From Pecten maximus (taxonomy: Eukaryota), in the NCBI RefSeq assembly GCF_902652985.1, contig NC_047025.1, forward strand, positions 40,920,001-40,984,000: a stretch of DNA of 64,000 bases. Direction: 5' to 3'. Positions 1 to 10,549 of this stretch are shown in pieces. The number at the start of each line of letters is the position of its first letter. Positions within the stretch are counted from its first letter, which is position 1. Both the position numbers and the translations under genes were made by a program. The notes under the pieces are model-generated. The model saw only the letters and a program-made list of their open reading frames with translations, had not been told where the DNA came from and searched no databases.

Positions 1-125
1 TGATTCAGTCGGAGTGAAGGTTCTCTTATGTCGACATTTGATGATTCAGTCGGAGTGAAGGTTCTCTTATGTCGACATTTGATGATTCAGCCGGAGTGAA
101 TGCTGTCATCTCGACATTGAATGCT
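1..125. repeat. 41-bp tandem repeat (TGATTCAGTCGGAGTGAAGGTTCTCTTATGTCGACATTTGA), about 3 copies, truncated by window start
   Basis: Unit recurs at 1, 42 and 83, then degenerates. Confidence 0.85.
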
Positions 126-2747
126 TCAGTCTGTGGTATAGATGGCAGCGTATACCTTATAACAAACGATTGATAACACATTTAAGATGATTGCATACAA
201 TATTTAAACTTTATATTTTTTATTCTAAAGTCTACACCTACCTTTGTTACTGCTGTGTTATCTATTCTATATTTTATAGGGAAAAGAAAAAGAAAAAAAA
301 CCTTAAATAATCCTTTATCTACTTGTTGTATTCAATAGATTTACTGAACAATGATTACTGCCAATGGATCACAGCTTTCTTTAAAAATAAACCCAGACTG
401 TTTATAATGAACAGGACAGAACTGAACCGGTACAATGAGATGCAGTAGCATGAAATGTTATACACACGTGTACATATAGAAGGATGGTTTCATCAACATA
501 GTTTATAGGTTACAACGCGCAGATGTTGCACAATATGTTTTTATAGAACACCAAAATATTTTTCGCCGCCACAAAATGTCAGTCCTACTAGTTTGACTTT
601 TTTATATGATTTTAAGCGAAAGAATGATATAGGAAATTCATTTTTGTCATCGTGTATGAACCTTTCTCAATTACCACGATGGCCCGAAATCTGTAATTTG
701 TACACATCAGTAATGATTTCGATGTTATTTTATTATCTACGATATGATAACTGAACTGATAATAGGAATACTTGTGTTATAAGTACTAATATATTTAGAC
801 ACACTTACAAGAGATGATCACAACCATTATTTAAAAGATGTCAGGACAAGATGTATTGGCGTTCGTGTGTTGTGTGAGGAAAGAGATCTCGCAATTCCAT
901 ACCCTACAAATGAAAACCACCAAATTGACGTACGAATAATTTAAGACAAAACGTGTTTAAATCCCTTACCTTATAGGATACCACGATCATCATTCATTAC
1001 AGCACGGAACTCCGACCTTGTCAAATGGAAACTCCCACAAATTAGTGGTATAGGCTGCATTGTACGGAGATGTAATACATATATAGTATGTGGCTCGCCA
1101 ATGATCAACATCCATGATTATAAAATTTCAACATTATTTAAGGTGCAGTTTGACCCAAAATGTTTCTATCGTTTAATTTTCTTTAAATTTTGTCAACTAA
1201 AATAAGTGTATACACTTTGTTAACAAGCGATTTTGTTTTAGTTTTGACCACCAGTTATGGAGATACGGTGTCTCAAACCAACCATCTTTGACATAGAATA
1301 GGATCAAAGTGATAAGTTAAATTGAAAGAAATCAGATGTGTTATTGGATATGACTATATTTTTTTTCTTTTAGATGAGAGATGGCATTGCCCTAGAAATG
1401 ATCCGTTCTCAATTAAATGATTAAAAAATCTGCAATAATGACTGTCTTTTCTTCATATCAACCCTAAATGCGATAGCTTGGTCTCCGAGATCCACCCCTT
1501 TATTATACCAACTTACTTCTATTTGCCTATGGTACCAAGTGTCGAGGTCGATTTTCTTTGCGCACTGACTAATCAAACGTTAAGACAAGATTGACCCGTG
1601 ATTATATTGTTCCCTCTCGTCCCAGATGTTTTATGTGTTGTTGCGATTGGCGAAGAGATGACCCATGTAGATTAAGGTCACAATCCTTTCTCTTTCATTT
1701 ATACTATATTATATAATGACGGAACAAGTTTTATTTACTGTTTGCTGTTCTGTACCAAAGATTTAGAAAAAAAGGTCCGACAGACACTGTTTCATCATAC
1801 ACAGCCAATCTGTACGTGGCGACTGTGTTGATCGGTAAACACTTGTGAAGGTCGCCTGAAGGTCGCCCACCTTGACGAATCCCGAGACAGGAGTTATCAC
1901 AGTAAGTTTGTTTTAGAAGCAATGAAATGTTATCTCCCCGTCTGTGATACGTGTCGTTATCTGACTGAGTTATGACAATATATAAATATAGTCCTGACAC
2001 TTGGGGTTTTGCAGGACAGGTGCAGCGAATGCGTGTTGACGTCGGGGAGAAAAGAAGCCTGCATCAGCAAATTGACAGGTGAAGTTACACTGTAGTTCAG
2101 GAATAGGAAGGATCATGAGAGTAATCTGGTAGTTGTAAATTATTGTTCGAACGACATAATACAATACTATCATACCAGAAGCCTTTGATAAACCATTTAT
2201 CATGGCTAGATACAGAGGCTGGGTAGTGACATTTGACCTCCGGTGTGAGGGTTACGGATGGTTCTTTATTCTGTCACGTTTTTGAAGTGGGGAGAAACAG
2301 CTAGGGAATGGGGTCACAGTTGAATACTGGGATTACACACATTATATCATTTAGCTTAACAACTGCATAGTTCAAAATACAGGTTGAATGTCTCATATGA
2401 CATGGAGTTATGTAAACATTTATCTCCATTTATAGATACAGTCTAGTGTGCTCAGGAATGTCACTCCTAACTATAGCTTTCTACACGAGTGTTCGTGGTA
2501 AATTGATGTAGGTTCAGGTACTCCTATACAGTCACACGATCCTGGCCTCTAAGTATACATACTCTTTGGGAACAGAGACGATAACGAATTGAAAGAAATA
2601 TGTACTTCATTGTATTTTAAGTGGAGTTGAATTAATGGTAAAACTTTTATATATAAGACACCCATGTACAGGCTTTTTACAATTCTCCCTTCAGATGTTG
2701 TCTGGTAACTGGAGCATCATACTTATTATCATCGGTGGGGTGGTTAG

Positions 2748-3394
2748 TTATTAGTCCCCTACCGGGGAAACCGGGGGGACTATAGGTTTTGCCTGCGTCC
2801 GTCTGTCTGTCCGTCAGTCCGTCAGTCCGGTTAAAGTTTTGGTTAAAGTTTTATAATGGCACACCATTCACTTAATAATGGTATTAGGATGCTGATGATT
2901 TGCATAGAGGTTCTTTGGGTGTGTGGCATTACTTTTGTATGGTTAAAAGTGAAACAGTTATTTGCATTTTTTTTAAATTTTGCCATATTATGAACTTAAC
3001 TTTTTTCTCTGTATTCATCAGGTTAAAGTTTTGGTTAAAGTTTTATAATGGCACACCATTCACTTAATAATGGTATTAGGATGCTGATTCTTTGCATAGA
3101 GGTACTTTTGGTGTGTGGCATTACTTTTGTACAGTTGAAAATGATAAAAATATTTTCATTTTTTGATCAGTAGACATACCAAAAGAATACCTGAATATCT
3201 TTTATGGACAGGAAACATTGTTTATTCACCCCAATAGAGTTGAATTTACACATTGTTTGGAATGAACTTATTTTCATAAAATGATCATGTTTCAGTTGGG
3301 GCTAGACTTTTTTATTCAAATTTGGCTAAAGTTTTAACTTCGGGGCACCGGTAGGGGACATGTATTGGTTTAGCAATACTCACAGAATGCTTGT
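2748..3394. mobile_element. Non-autonomous Helentron-type element (HINE-like)
   Basis: Terminal hairpin (TAGTCCCC..GGGGACTA), (GTCC/GTCT)n microsatellite, about 192-bp internal repeats starting at 2829 and 3021, subterminal inverse GGTAGGGGAC, CTTGTT end. Confidence 0.65.
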
Positions 3395-3409
3395 TTCATT
3401 ATTATTTTA

Positions 3410-3472
3410 ACTGGTCGACCACTACAGAAACTGGTCGACCACTACAGAAACTGGTCGACCACTACAGAAACT
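3410..3472. repeat. 20-bp tandem repeat x3 (ACTGGTCGACCACTACAGAA)
   Basis: Three exact copies. Confidence 0.9.
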
Positions 3473-3880
3473 GCCTAATTATAATACAGGTTCCTACACT
3501 CGCCTATATAGCTACCGTTATGACGTACCGGGAAATATTTCATCCTTCGATGATAAAAACAACACTGTGTGCATTTCCGAGTAATTTACCATCACATAAG
3601 TGTTTTTTATATATATATTATGTTTTCTATTATAAATATAACACAGTTAGCAGTGAGATCTTTCCGTGATCATGGTTCTCTATGCATTTAGTCGACACGA
3701 ACTGATCCTACAATGTTTGCAAATTTTGATACGTATTTAAAGAACATTAGTGAGTTTGAAATAAATATGTTTTTGGAGAAAATCAGTGAGTTTGAGATAA
3801 ATTTATTTTATCGAATTTCGTTATAGAGTCCTGCATTCGACTCAATTAAAATCAACATATCCTGCAAGTAAACCTTTACC

Positions 3881-4001
3881 ATGTTGACGACTGTTGGGAA
3901 GACTTGTATAGGCCTTCTTCGCCCTAGTCGTCTCGGCAGACTCCTCGCCACATCAAATGCCGCCGTGTCATCATACCACCCCAAACTACAGACTGTTTCA
4001 G
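3881..4001 (+). CDS. CHDH: HAD-HAD-CHDH fusion gene (copy 1), coding exon 1: mitochondrial presequence MLTTVGKTCIGLLRPSRLGRLLATSNAAVSSYHPKLQTVS
   Basis: ACCATG start; Arg/Ser/Leu-rich peptide with no acidic residues; phase-1 donor G|GTGTGT; homologous exon precedes each of the other four copies. Confidence 0.85.
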
Positions 4002-4685
4002 GTGTGTTGTGTACTATTATATTGTTGTCGTAAAACATACTGATAAATGGAGGGTATCAATGACTTATAATATTAATGAGAATATAGGCCTATAACATAT
4101 AGATAATTGTCTATGATGTTAAGATGTTAATTATGAATGGAAATAAAATATTACACGACAAGGGTATTAACTATTTATTTACGTTTAACACAAATATATA
4201 TGATATTATGTACATTTGAAAAAAATAAATATTTATCCATATTATTGAAAATAAGATAAATAAATAAATAGATAAACAAATGATTAAATGAAAATATTAT
4301 ACATGTATATCACACCTCTTCCAGTTCAGAAACGAATGAACTCTTTCTGTCAATATTATAATGTAATCGAGGCCGGGCATCCCGTCAACGTCCATTATGG
4401 TTGGTTGTTGTCATCTGACCGAACTGGTAGATGTCGAGACATGACTTTCCAAACTGCTTTCCTTCTATTGAAGAAAACGTTGCAATATTACTAAATATAT
4501 TACCATTTTTCGGCATATACTTATGTTTTCGTTAATTCCGTCGTCAGGACATGATCTTATTGTGCTGTTAAAACGTACGTGTAGAAGCTAGGATAAGGAA
4601 TTAACACAAGAGAGACATCCGTTGTACATATGCGATGTCTGAGGAACACACTTTGCCTATCTGTCATACCTTGTCTCTATTCCAG

Positions 4686-4887
4686 GCGTTCGTGGTAACT
4701 TTGCCACATACAGCTCCATAACAGATCATAACGCCACCAAGGCTGAGTTCAGAACCATCAACAGTGTCATACCGACCAAGGCCACTGATGCCGGCAAGAA
4801 GGCATCGCTTGTTATTTTCGACAAAGATGGCACCTTGATATGCTGCCAAGCAATGTGGGCCCCCTGGTCGAGGAAAATAGCATCTAC
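4686..4887 (+). CDS. CHDH: Copy 1 exon 2: start of HAD domain 1 ([10 protein letters not shown])
   Basis: TTCCAG acceptor, in frame with exon 1, HAD motif I DxDGT, phase-2 donor GTAATA. Confidence 0.85.
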
Positions 4888-4991
4888 GTAATATATATCA
4901 TACTTGTCAATTTCATTTCAAACGTTGGTAATGTTCAGATTTTGTGTATGTTTGTTCTTTCATATTAAACATTTTTCTGTATTTTTCAAAA

Positions 4992-4992
4992 G

Positions 4993-5022
<30 letters not shown>
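4992..5022. repeat. (CAT)n microsatellite in intron 2
   Basis: About 10 CAT units. Confidence 0.9.
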
Positions 5023-5023
<1 letters not shown>

Positions 5024-5596
5024 CATTTGTGTCTTTGTCTGAAAGGAAGGATGTATCAATCATGTATTTTACTGTTATATAATACCTCGGGGGAGTGGGG
5101 AGTAGTAAAAGGTCATATATTTAACTGTAGCATAACCATGTATTGATATCAAGATAACGTAAAGTCTGATCATGAACCGATACGATGTTAGGTGTCTGTC
5201 GTTTTCGACCAATCTCAATACCCGTTGACCATCTTTATAATTTAACAAATTTCATTAGATCGCAAAATACAAAATATTACTGGTCTTGATTAGTTAAAGT
5301 ACCCTGGAAACAGCTTTAATCTCGAGTGACACAAAAGTTCTGTCCAAATACGAGGTATTTACACAGCAACTTCCGACATCCCGTCAATTGGATTACCCCT
5401 AAGTGTCAGACTGCTTGAAACATTTGTTTCTTTGGGATGGTAATTAGAATTTTGGAATTGCTTATCGGAATAAGGCGATTGGCCATACGTTTGTAGTTAT
5501 ATAAAATGTTCTGACAAACTTTTTTGAACGCTTTACGTTTTCTCGTAGTTTTACTCTTGAAATACGAACACCTATATCCTCAATTTACCTTTTTAG

Positions 5597-6423
5597 ATTG
5601 GAGGAAGCCACCGGACTAGACATCAAAGAGAAAGTATATAAAACTATTGGGTTCAGTAACTCAACCGACCGAGTAATCTCCGGTTTGCTGGCGGAGGCTA
5701 CCGATAAGATGGTCCAGGATGCTGTAATTGAACTTCTTAAGCAGGAAGGAGTGGATGAGGCCAAAGGCCATGCCCTTGTGCACAGTATATGGGAGGATGG
5801 ACACGGTATTTATGAAACTAAACCTCTAGCAGACTTAAAGACTTTATTTAAGATATTGAAAAGCCATAATATTAAGATTGCTGTTTGCACCTCTGACAGC
5901 AGAAAAGGAACTGAGAACGTTCTGGAAGATTTAGGAATCCGTGGCTTTGTTGATCTTATAGCGTGTGGCGATGACCCAACCAACGTTCCTAAACCTGATG
6001 CATATAATGCTAAGATGATCTGTGAAAAGCTTGGATGTGAGCCCTGAGAATACTGTGATGATCGGAGACACCAAGGCTGATGCGGGTATGGGAAAGGCAG
6101 CACAGTTAGGTTGGAACATTGGGGTACTGAGTGGTGTAGGGCAGACGGATGATTTATACCCTGCGGCCAGTCATGTGATCGAGAGTGTACAGGACATGCT
6201 ACCTCTTATCCTACCAGGAGGATCAATGGAGAGAATGTTACGCCTACTCCAATGACCATAGGATCCTGATCGAACCGTACTCTCTCGAGGTTTCTGATTC
6301 AGATGAGCTTGCTAGTGCTGAGAACCGTGTACCAAATGTTCAGCTGATCATTTTAGATCTCCATGGTACTATTATTTGTGCCCACAGCAGGTACGCCAAC
6401 TGGATGGACCAGATGTGTACAAG
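5597..6423 (+). CDS. CHDH: Copy 1 exon 3: rest of HAD domain 1 and start of HAD domain 2; two apparent +1 insertions (6042-6044 CCC, 6217-6218 GG)
   Basis: TTTTAG acceptor; motifs VCTSD, PKPD, MIGDTKAD, then IILDLHGT, spread over ORFs 5598-6047, 6022-6255 and 6185-6436; phase-2 donor GTCTGT. Confidence 0.8.
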
Positions 6424-6766
6424 GTCTGTACAATAAACGTCTACTTTATAGTCTCTCTATGCTGTTCTTCTTTCGAAATATTCGAGTAATTATCATTTAA
6501 TATCGTAATTAATTATGGGCCGATATACAAGAGAATTATTGCCCAGACTTCTGAATGAGATTCAAAATATTATTAATTTGTATACTCATCAGGGGAAGCA
6601 TGTGTTTCTAAGAGCTTTCCATTGATTTCGTCATTGATAGTCCTACACCTGGCAAGTTTTGCGGTCAAAACACATCTTACATATCTTCACTACCAAAGTG
6701 TGCCATTATAAGTATATGACTTCTACAATAATGATTTTATTAGGGTTTTCATTTTCTTTTCCACAG

Positions 6767-9204
6767 GCTGGAAGAAACCACAGGTCTTTGTGATCTGAAG
6801 TCAGAAATTCACCAGACGCTGGGGATATGTGAAAAAACAGGTAAAATAAAGGATGGCCTGTTGAATGAACACGGGACCACAAATATGGAGGTGAGGTCAG
6901 CGCTGGTAGAGATAATCCATAAACACTTTACATATGAGGAGTCCCTGATGGTTGTCAACAAAGTCTGGCAGGAGTGTGAATCTGCTCTTCTGACCGAACC
7001 GAAATCTCTTCACAAAGACATCAAAAAGTTCTTCAAAACATTAAAGAGGAAAGGAATCAAAATAGCAATATGTACCGGAGATAAACGAGAGCATGCGCTA
7101 TCTGACTTGAAAAATATTGGTGTGTTGAAATATGTTGACATGATGATCTGTGGAGACGACCCTCACTCTGTCTCCAGGTCATCTGACCACAGCACACGTC
7201 TCATCTGTGATGAGCTCAATGTTGACCCAGTGCAAACTGTGATAGTTGGCGATTCGACCAAAGACTTTTCTGTTGGGAAATCAACAAATGTACAAAAAAT
7301 CGGTGTGTTGTCAGGCGTAGGGTCTATGGATGAACTCAAATGGGTCACAGACTTCGTTGTACCCACATTGGATCATGTGATTGACTATCTCATGGATGAT
7401 CCACCTACTAGGTTCAGACAACAGAAGATACCGCCTGCGGTCAGGAAGACGATAGAAGTCGATCCCCACCGTAGACATTTCAGCACCACCTGCCAAGTGA
7501 GGCCAACTTTCTCCAAAAGTATACAGGTGAGAAATGCCTCCACGGTATCAGGAGGTGGATCCACATACGACTACGTCATCATTGGTGCTGGCTCGGCTGG
7601 CTGTACTCTTACCAATCGGCTGTCAGCTGACCCTGAAAACAAGGTGTGTGTTCTGGAGGCTGGTCCAAAAGACTACACCTGGAAGATCCACATGCCTGCT
7701 GCACTCATGTACAATCTGTGTGATGATAAGTACAACTGGTACTACCATACCGAACCAGAACCACACATGAATAACCGAGTCATGTACTGGCCACGAGGGA
7801 CGTGTCTGGGGAGGATCGTCCTCACTCAATGCTATGGTCTACATCCGTGGTAATGCCGGTGATTATGACGGATGGGAAAAGGCTGGAGCGAAAGGATGGT
7901 CTTATGCAGATTGCTTGCCATACTTTAAAAAATCTCAGACTCATGAACTTGGAGAAAATGACTACAGAGGTGGTGATGGTCCACTTCATGTGTCACGTGG
8001 TAGGAGCAACAACCCACTGCATCAGGCCTTTATAGAGGCAGGTCAGCAGGCCGGCTTCCCTTTTACGGACGACATGAACGGCTACCAACAGGAGGGCGTG
8101 GGGTGGATGGACATGACCATTCACAAAGGTCGACGCTGGAGTGCTGCCATGGCCAGCCTCAGGCCCGCACTAAAACGTGACAATGTGACCGTTGAGTCTA
8201 ACGCACTGTCTACCAGGATTGTATTTGAAAACAAGAGAGCCGTCGGTGTAGAGTATGAGCAGAAGGGTGTTAAAAAGATTGTACGAGCAGAGAAGGACGT
8301 GATTCTGAGTGGAGGTTCAATCAACTCTCCTCAGCTCCTCATGTTGTCGGGTGTGGGCAATGCAGATGAACTAAAGGCGCTGGACATCCCTGTGGTTCAA
8401 CACTTGCCAGGTGTTGGGGAGAACCTCCAGGACCACCTTGAGGTGTACGTACAGGAAGCATGCAAGCTTCCCATCACTCTCTATTCTGCTCAGTGGAAGT
8501 TCCCTCATAATATGATCCGCATAGGGCTGCAGTGGTTCCTCACACAGAAAGGTGATGGAGCTTCTGCACACTTGGAGAGTGGAGGGTTTGTCCCAAGCGA
8601 AGAAGGCTTGGAGTATCCTGACATTCAATTCCATTTCCTACCTTCTGTTGTGCAGGATCATGGACGCAAGAACGGCGATGAACATGCGTTCCAACTCCAT
8701 GTGGGATCTCAGCGTGGTACAAGTAGGGGTTATATCAAACTTAAATCTGGCAATCCCAGGGACCATCCAAAGATCGTAGCAAACTACCTGTCCACAGAAA
8801 AAGATGTGAGGACAATGAGATACAGTGTCAAAGTTGCTAGAGAAGTGTTTAAGCAGAAAGCGTTTGATCCTTTCCGTGCTGGTCGGGAATTATCGCCTGG
8901 ACCCGAATGTCAAACAGATGCCGAGATTGATTCCTTCGTCAGGGCTCAAGGCGATAGTGCTTATCATCCATCATGTACATGTAAAATGGGATCGGAGCGT
9001 GACCCAATGGCTGTAGTGGATTCACAAACTCGTGTTTTAGGTGTCGATAACCTCAGAGTTGTTGATGCCTCTATCATGCCAAATGTCATTACTGGGAATC
9101 TTAATGGCCCTACAATCATGCTGGCTGAGAAGGCCGCTGATATCATCCTGGGCAACAAACCACTGCCTCGGTCTACGGCACCTGTGTACAAGAACGATGT
9201 TTAG
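6767..9204 (+). CDS. CHDH: Copy 1 exon 4: rest of HAD domain 2, linker and complete choline dehydrogenase (GMC oxidoreductase); apparent +1 insertion at 7797-7799
   Basis: CCACAG acceptor; GAGSAG FAD motif, WKIHMPAAL, WPRG(R)VWGGSSSLNAMVY, LQDHLE, SAYHPSCTC, GNLN; closely resembles metazoan CHDH. The paralogs read CGA GGA CGT where this copy has an extra G. Confidence 0.92.
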
Positions 9205-9819
9205 ATTGTAACTTTCGCCTTCAGTCGCTGTTCAGAGTAACAACAAACAAACTATTCTGGTGTGCAATCAAATGTAATCCATACTATCATATGATCCTGG
9301 CTTTAATGTAATATTCTTTTTGGGATTGATATTTCTCTGTCCTAACTTCTGGTTAAGGCCGGTCGTTTAATTGCTTCTCTGCCTTAAATACAAACAACGT
9401 GACAATATGTTATGAAAAAGCATGTCGTCTTTATTCTTTTGGATTTTAAGCTGAAATATTTGCAATACAAGATGAAGTTTTCTGATGTGTTGTGATTTCG
9501 TAAAATTTCAAATAGAAAAAAAAACGAACAACGGTGATATATCTAACATCAAACACTAGAGTGAGATGAAAGGACCTGTTTGTATTTTAATCTGTGGGTA
9601 CTCACGATACGACCAATAAATCTCGTCAACCAGAAACCTCCTTTCCCATCTTAAATGGGGCCGGTTCATTTAATTCATACGGAAAAAAATGTTAATGTTA
9701 AATTATCAAATATACTTAACAATTTGATTAAATTGAGGGTACTGGACCTCCCCATTTTGACATCTTTTTAGTATAGTAAGCCAATATATCATTATTTCAT
9801 AGAGCAATATTGATCCAGT

Positions 9820-10319
9820 NNNNNNNNNNNNNNNNNNNNNNNNNNNNNNNNNNNNNNNNNNNNNNNNNNNNNNNNNNNNNNNNNNNNNNNNNNNNNNNNN
9901 NNNNNNNNNNNNNNNNNNNNNNNNNNNNNNNNNNNNNNNNNNNNNNNNNNNNNNNNNNNNNNNNNNNNNNNNNNNNNNNNNNNNNNNNNNNNNNNNNNNN
10001 NNNNNNNNNNNNNNNNNNNNNNNNNNNNNNNNNNNNNNNNNNNNNNNNNNNNNNNNNNNNNNNNNNNNNNNNNNNNNNNNNNNNNNNNNNNNNNNNNNNN
10101 NNNNNNNNNNNNNNNNNNNNNNNNNNNNNNNNNNNNNNNNNNNNNNNNNNNNNNNNNNNNNNNNNNNNNNNNNNNNNNNNNNNNNNNNNNNNNNNNNNNN
10201 NNNNNNNNNNNNNNNNNNNNNNNNNNNNNNNNNNNNNNNNNNNNNNNNNNNNNNNNNNNNNNNNNNNNNNNNNNNNNNNNNNNNNNNNNNNNNNNNNNNN
10301 NNNNNNNNNNNNNNNNNNN
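9820..10319. other. Assembly gap (500 N)
   Basis: N run. Confidence 1.
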
Positions 10320-10549
10320 ATAATACAAAGTTTGTCAATCATTAACATTAAATAATATATTATTAATGAAATAGTTGGCTGTTGGTGCCGATATTACTTG
10401 CTGAGATTATTCCATATTATAACTAATATATTACCCTTAAATAAGACACGATTTTCTATATATCCAGCTTATGTCTCCTTATAATTTGTTACGGATATAC
10501 TGCCTCGATAGAGAATGTTTTATTGTATTTAAATCCTTACAGAAATACC

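Noticed and set aside
1790-1907. Possible 5' UTR exon of copy 1 (donor CA|GTAAGT at 1901/1902); similar candidates near 20902 for copy 3
   Set aside because: Plausible but not supportable without transcript data.
6030-6230. Programmed ribosomal frameshifting between HAD segments
   Set aside because: No slippery heptamer; breaks fall inside conserved regions, and the third break is absent from four paralogs. Sequencing error is simpler.
6340-6380. HAD2 as a phosphonatase for mollusc aminoethylphosphonate metabolism
   Set aside because: Only the missing second Asp fits; no DWAGT motif and no identifiable Schiff-base lysine.
7534-9191. Short alternative-frame and antisense ORFs repeated in every CHDH copy
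   Set aside because: Shadows of the near-identical CHDH sequence, not independent conservation.
7560-9204. Horizontal transfer of bacterial betA suggested by lack of introns
   Set aside because: Protein matches metazoan CHDH motifs (WKIHMPAAL..NLCDD.YNW, WPRGRVWGGSSSLN) and has a mitochondrial presequence; a phylogeny would settle it.
9706-10355. ORFs made of X (also near 33.9-34.7 kb and 55.1-55.7 kb)
   Set aside because: Artefacts of N gaps.
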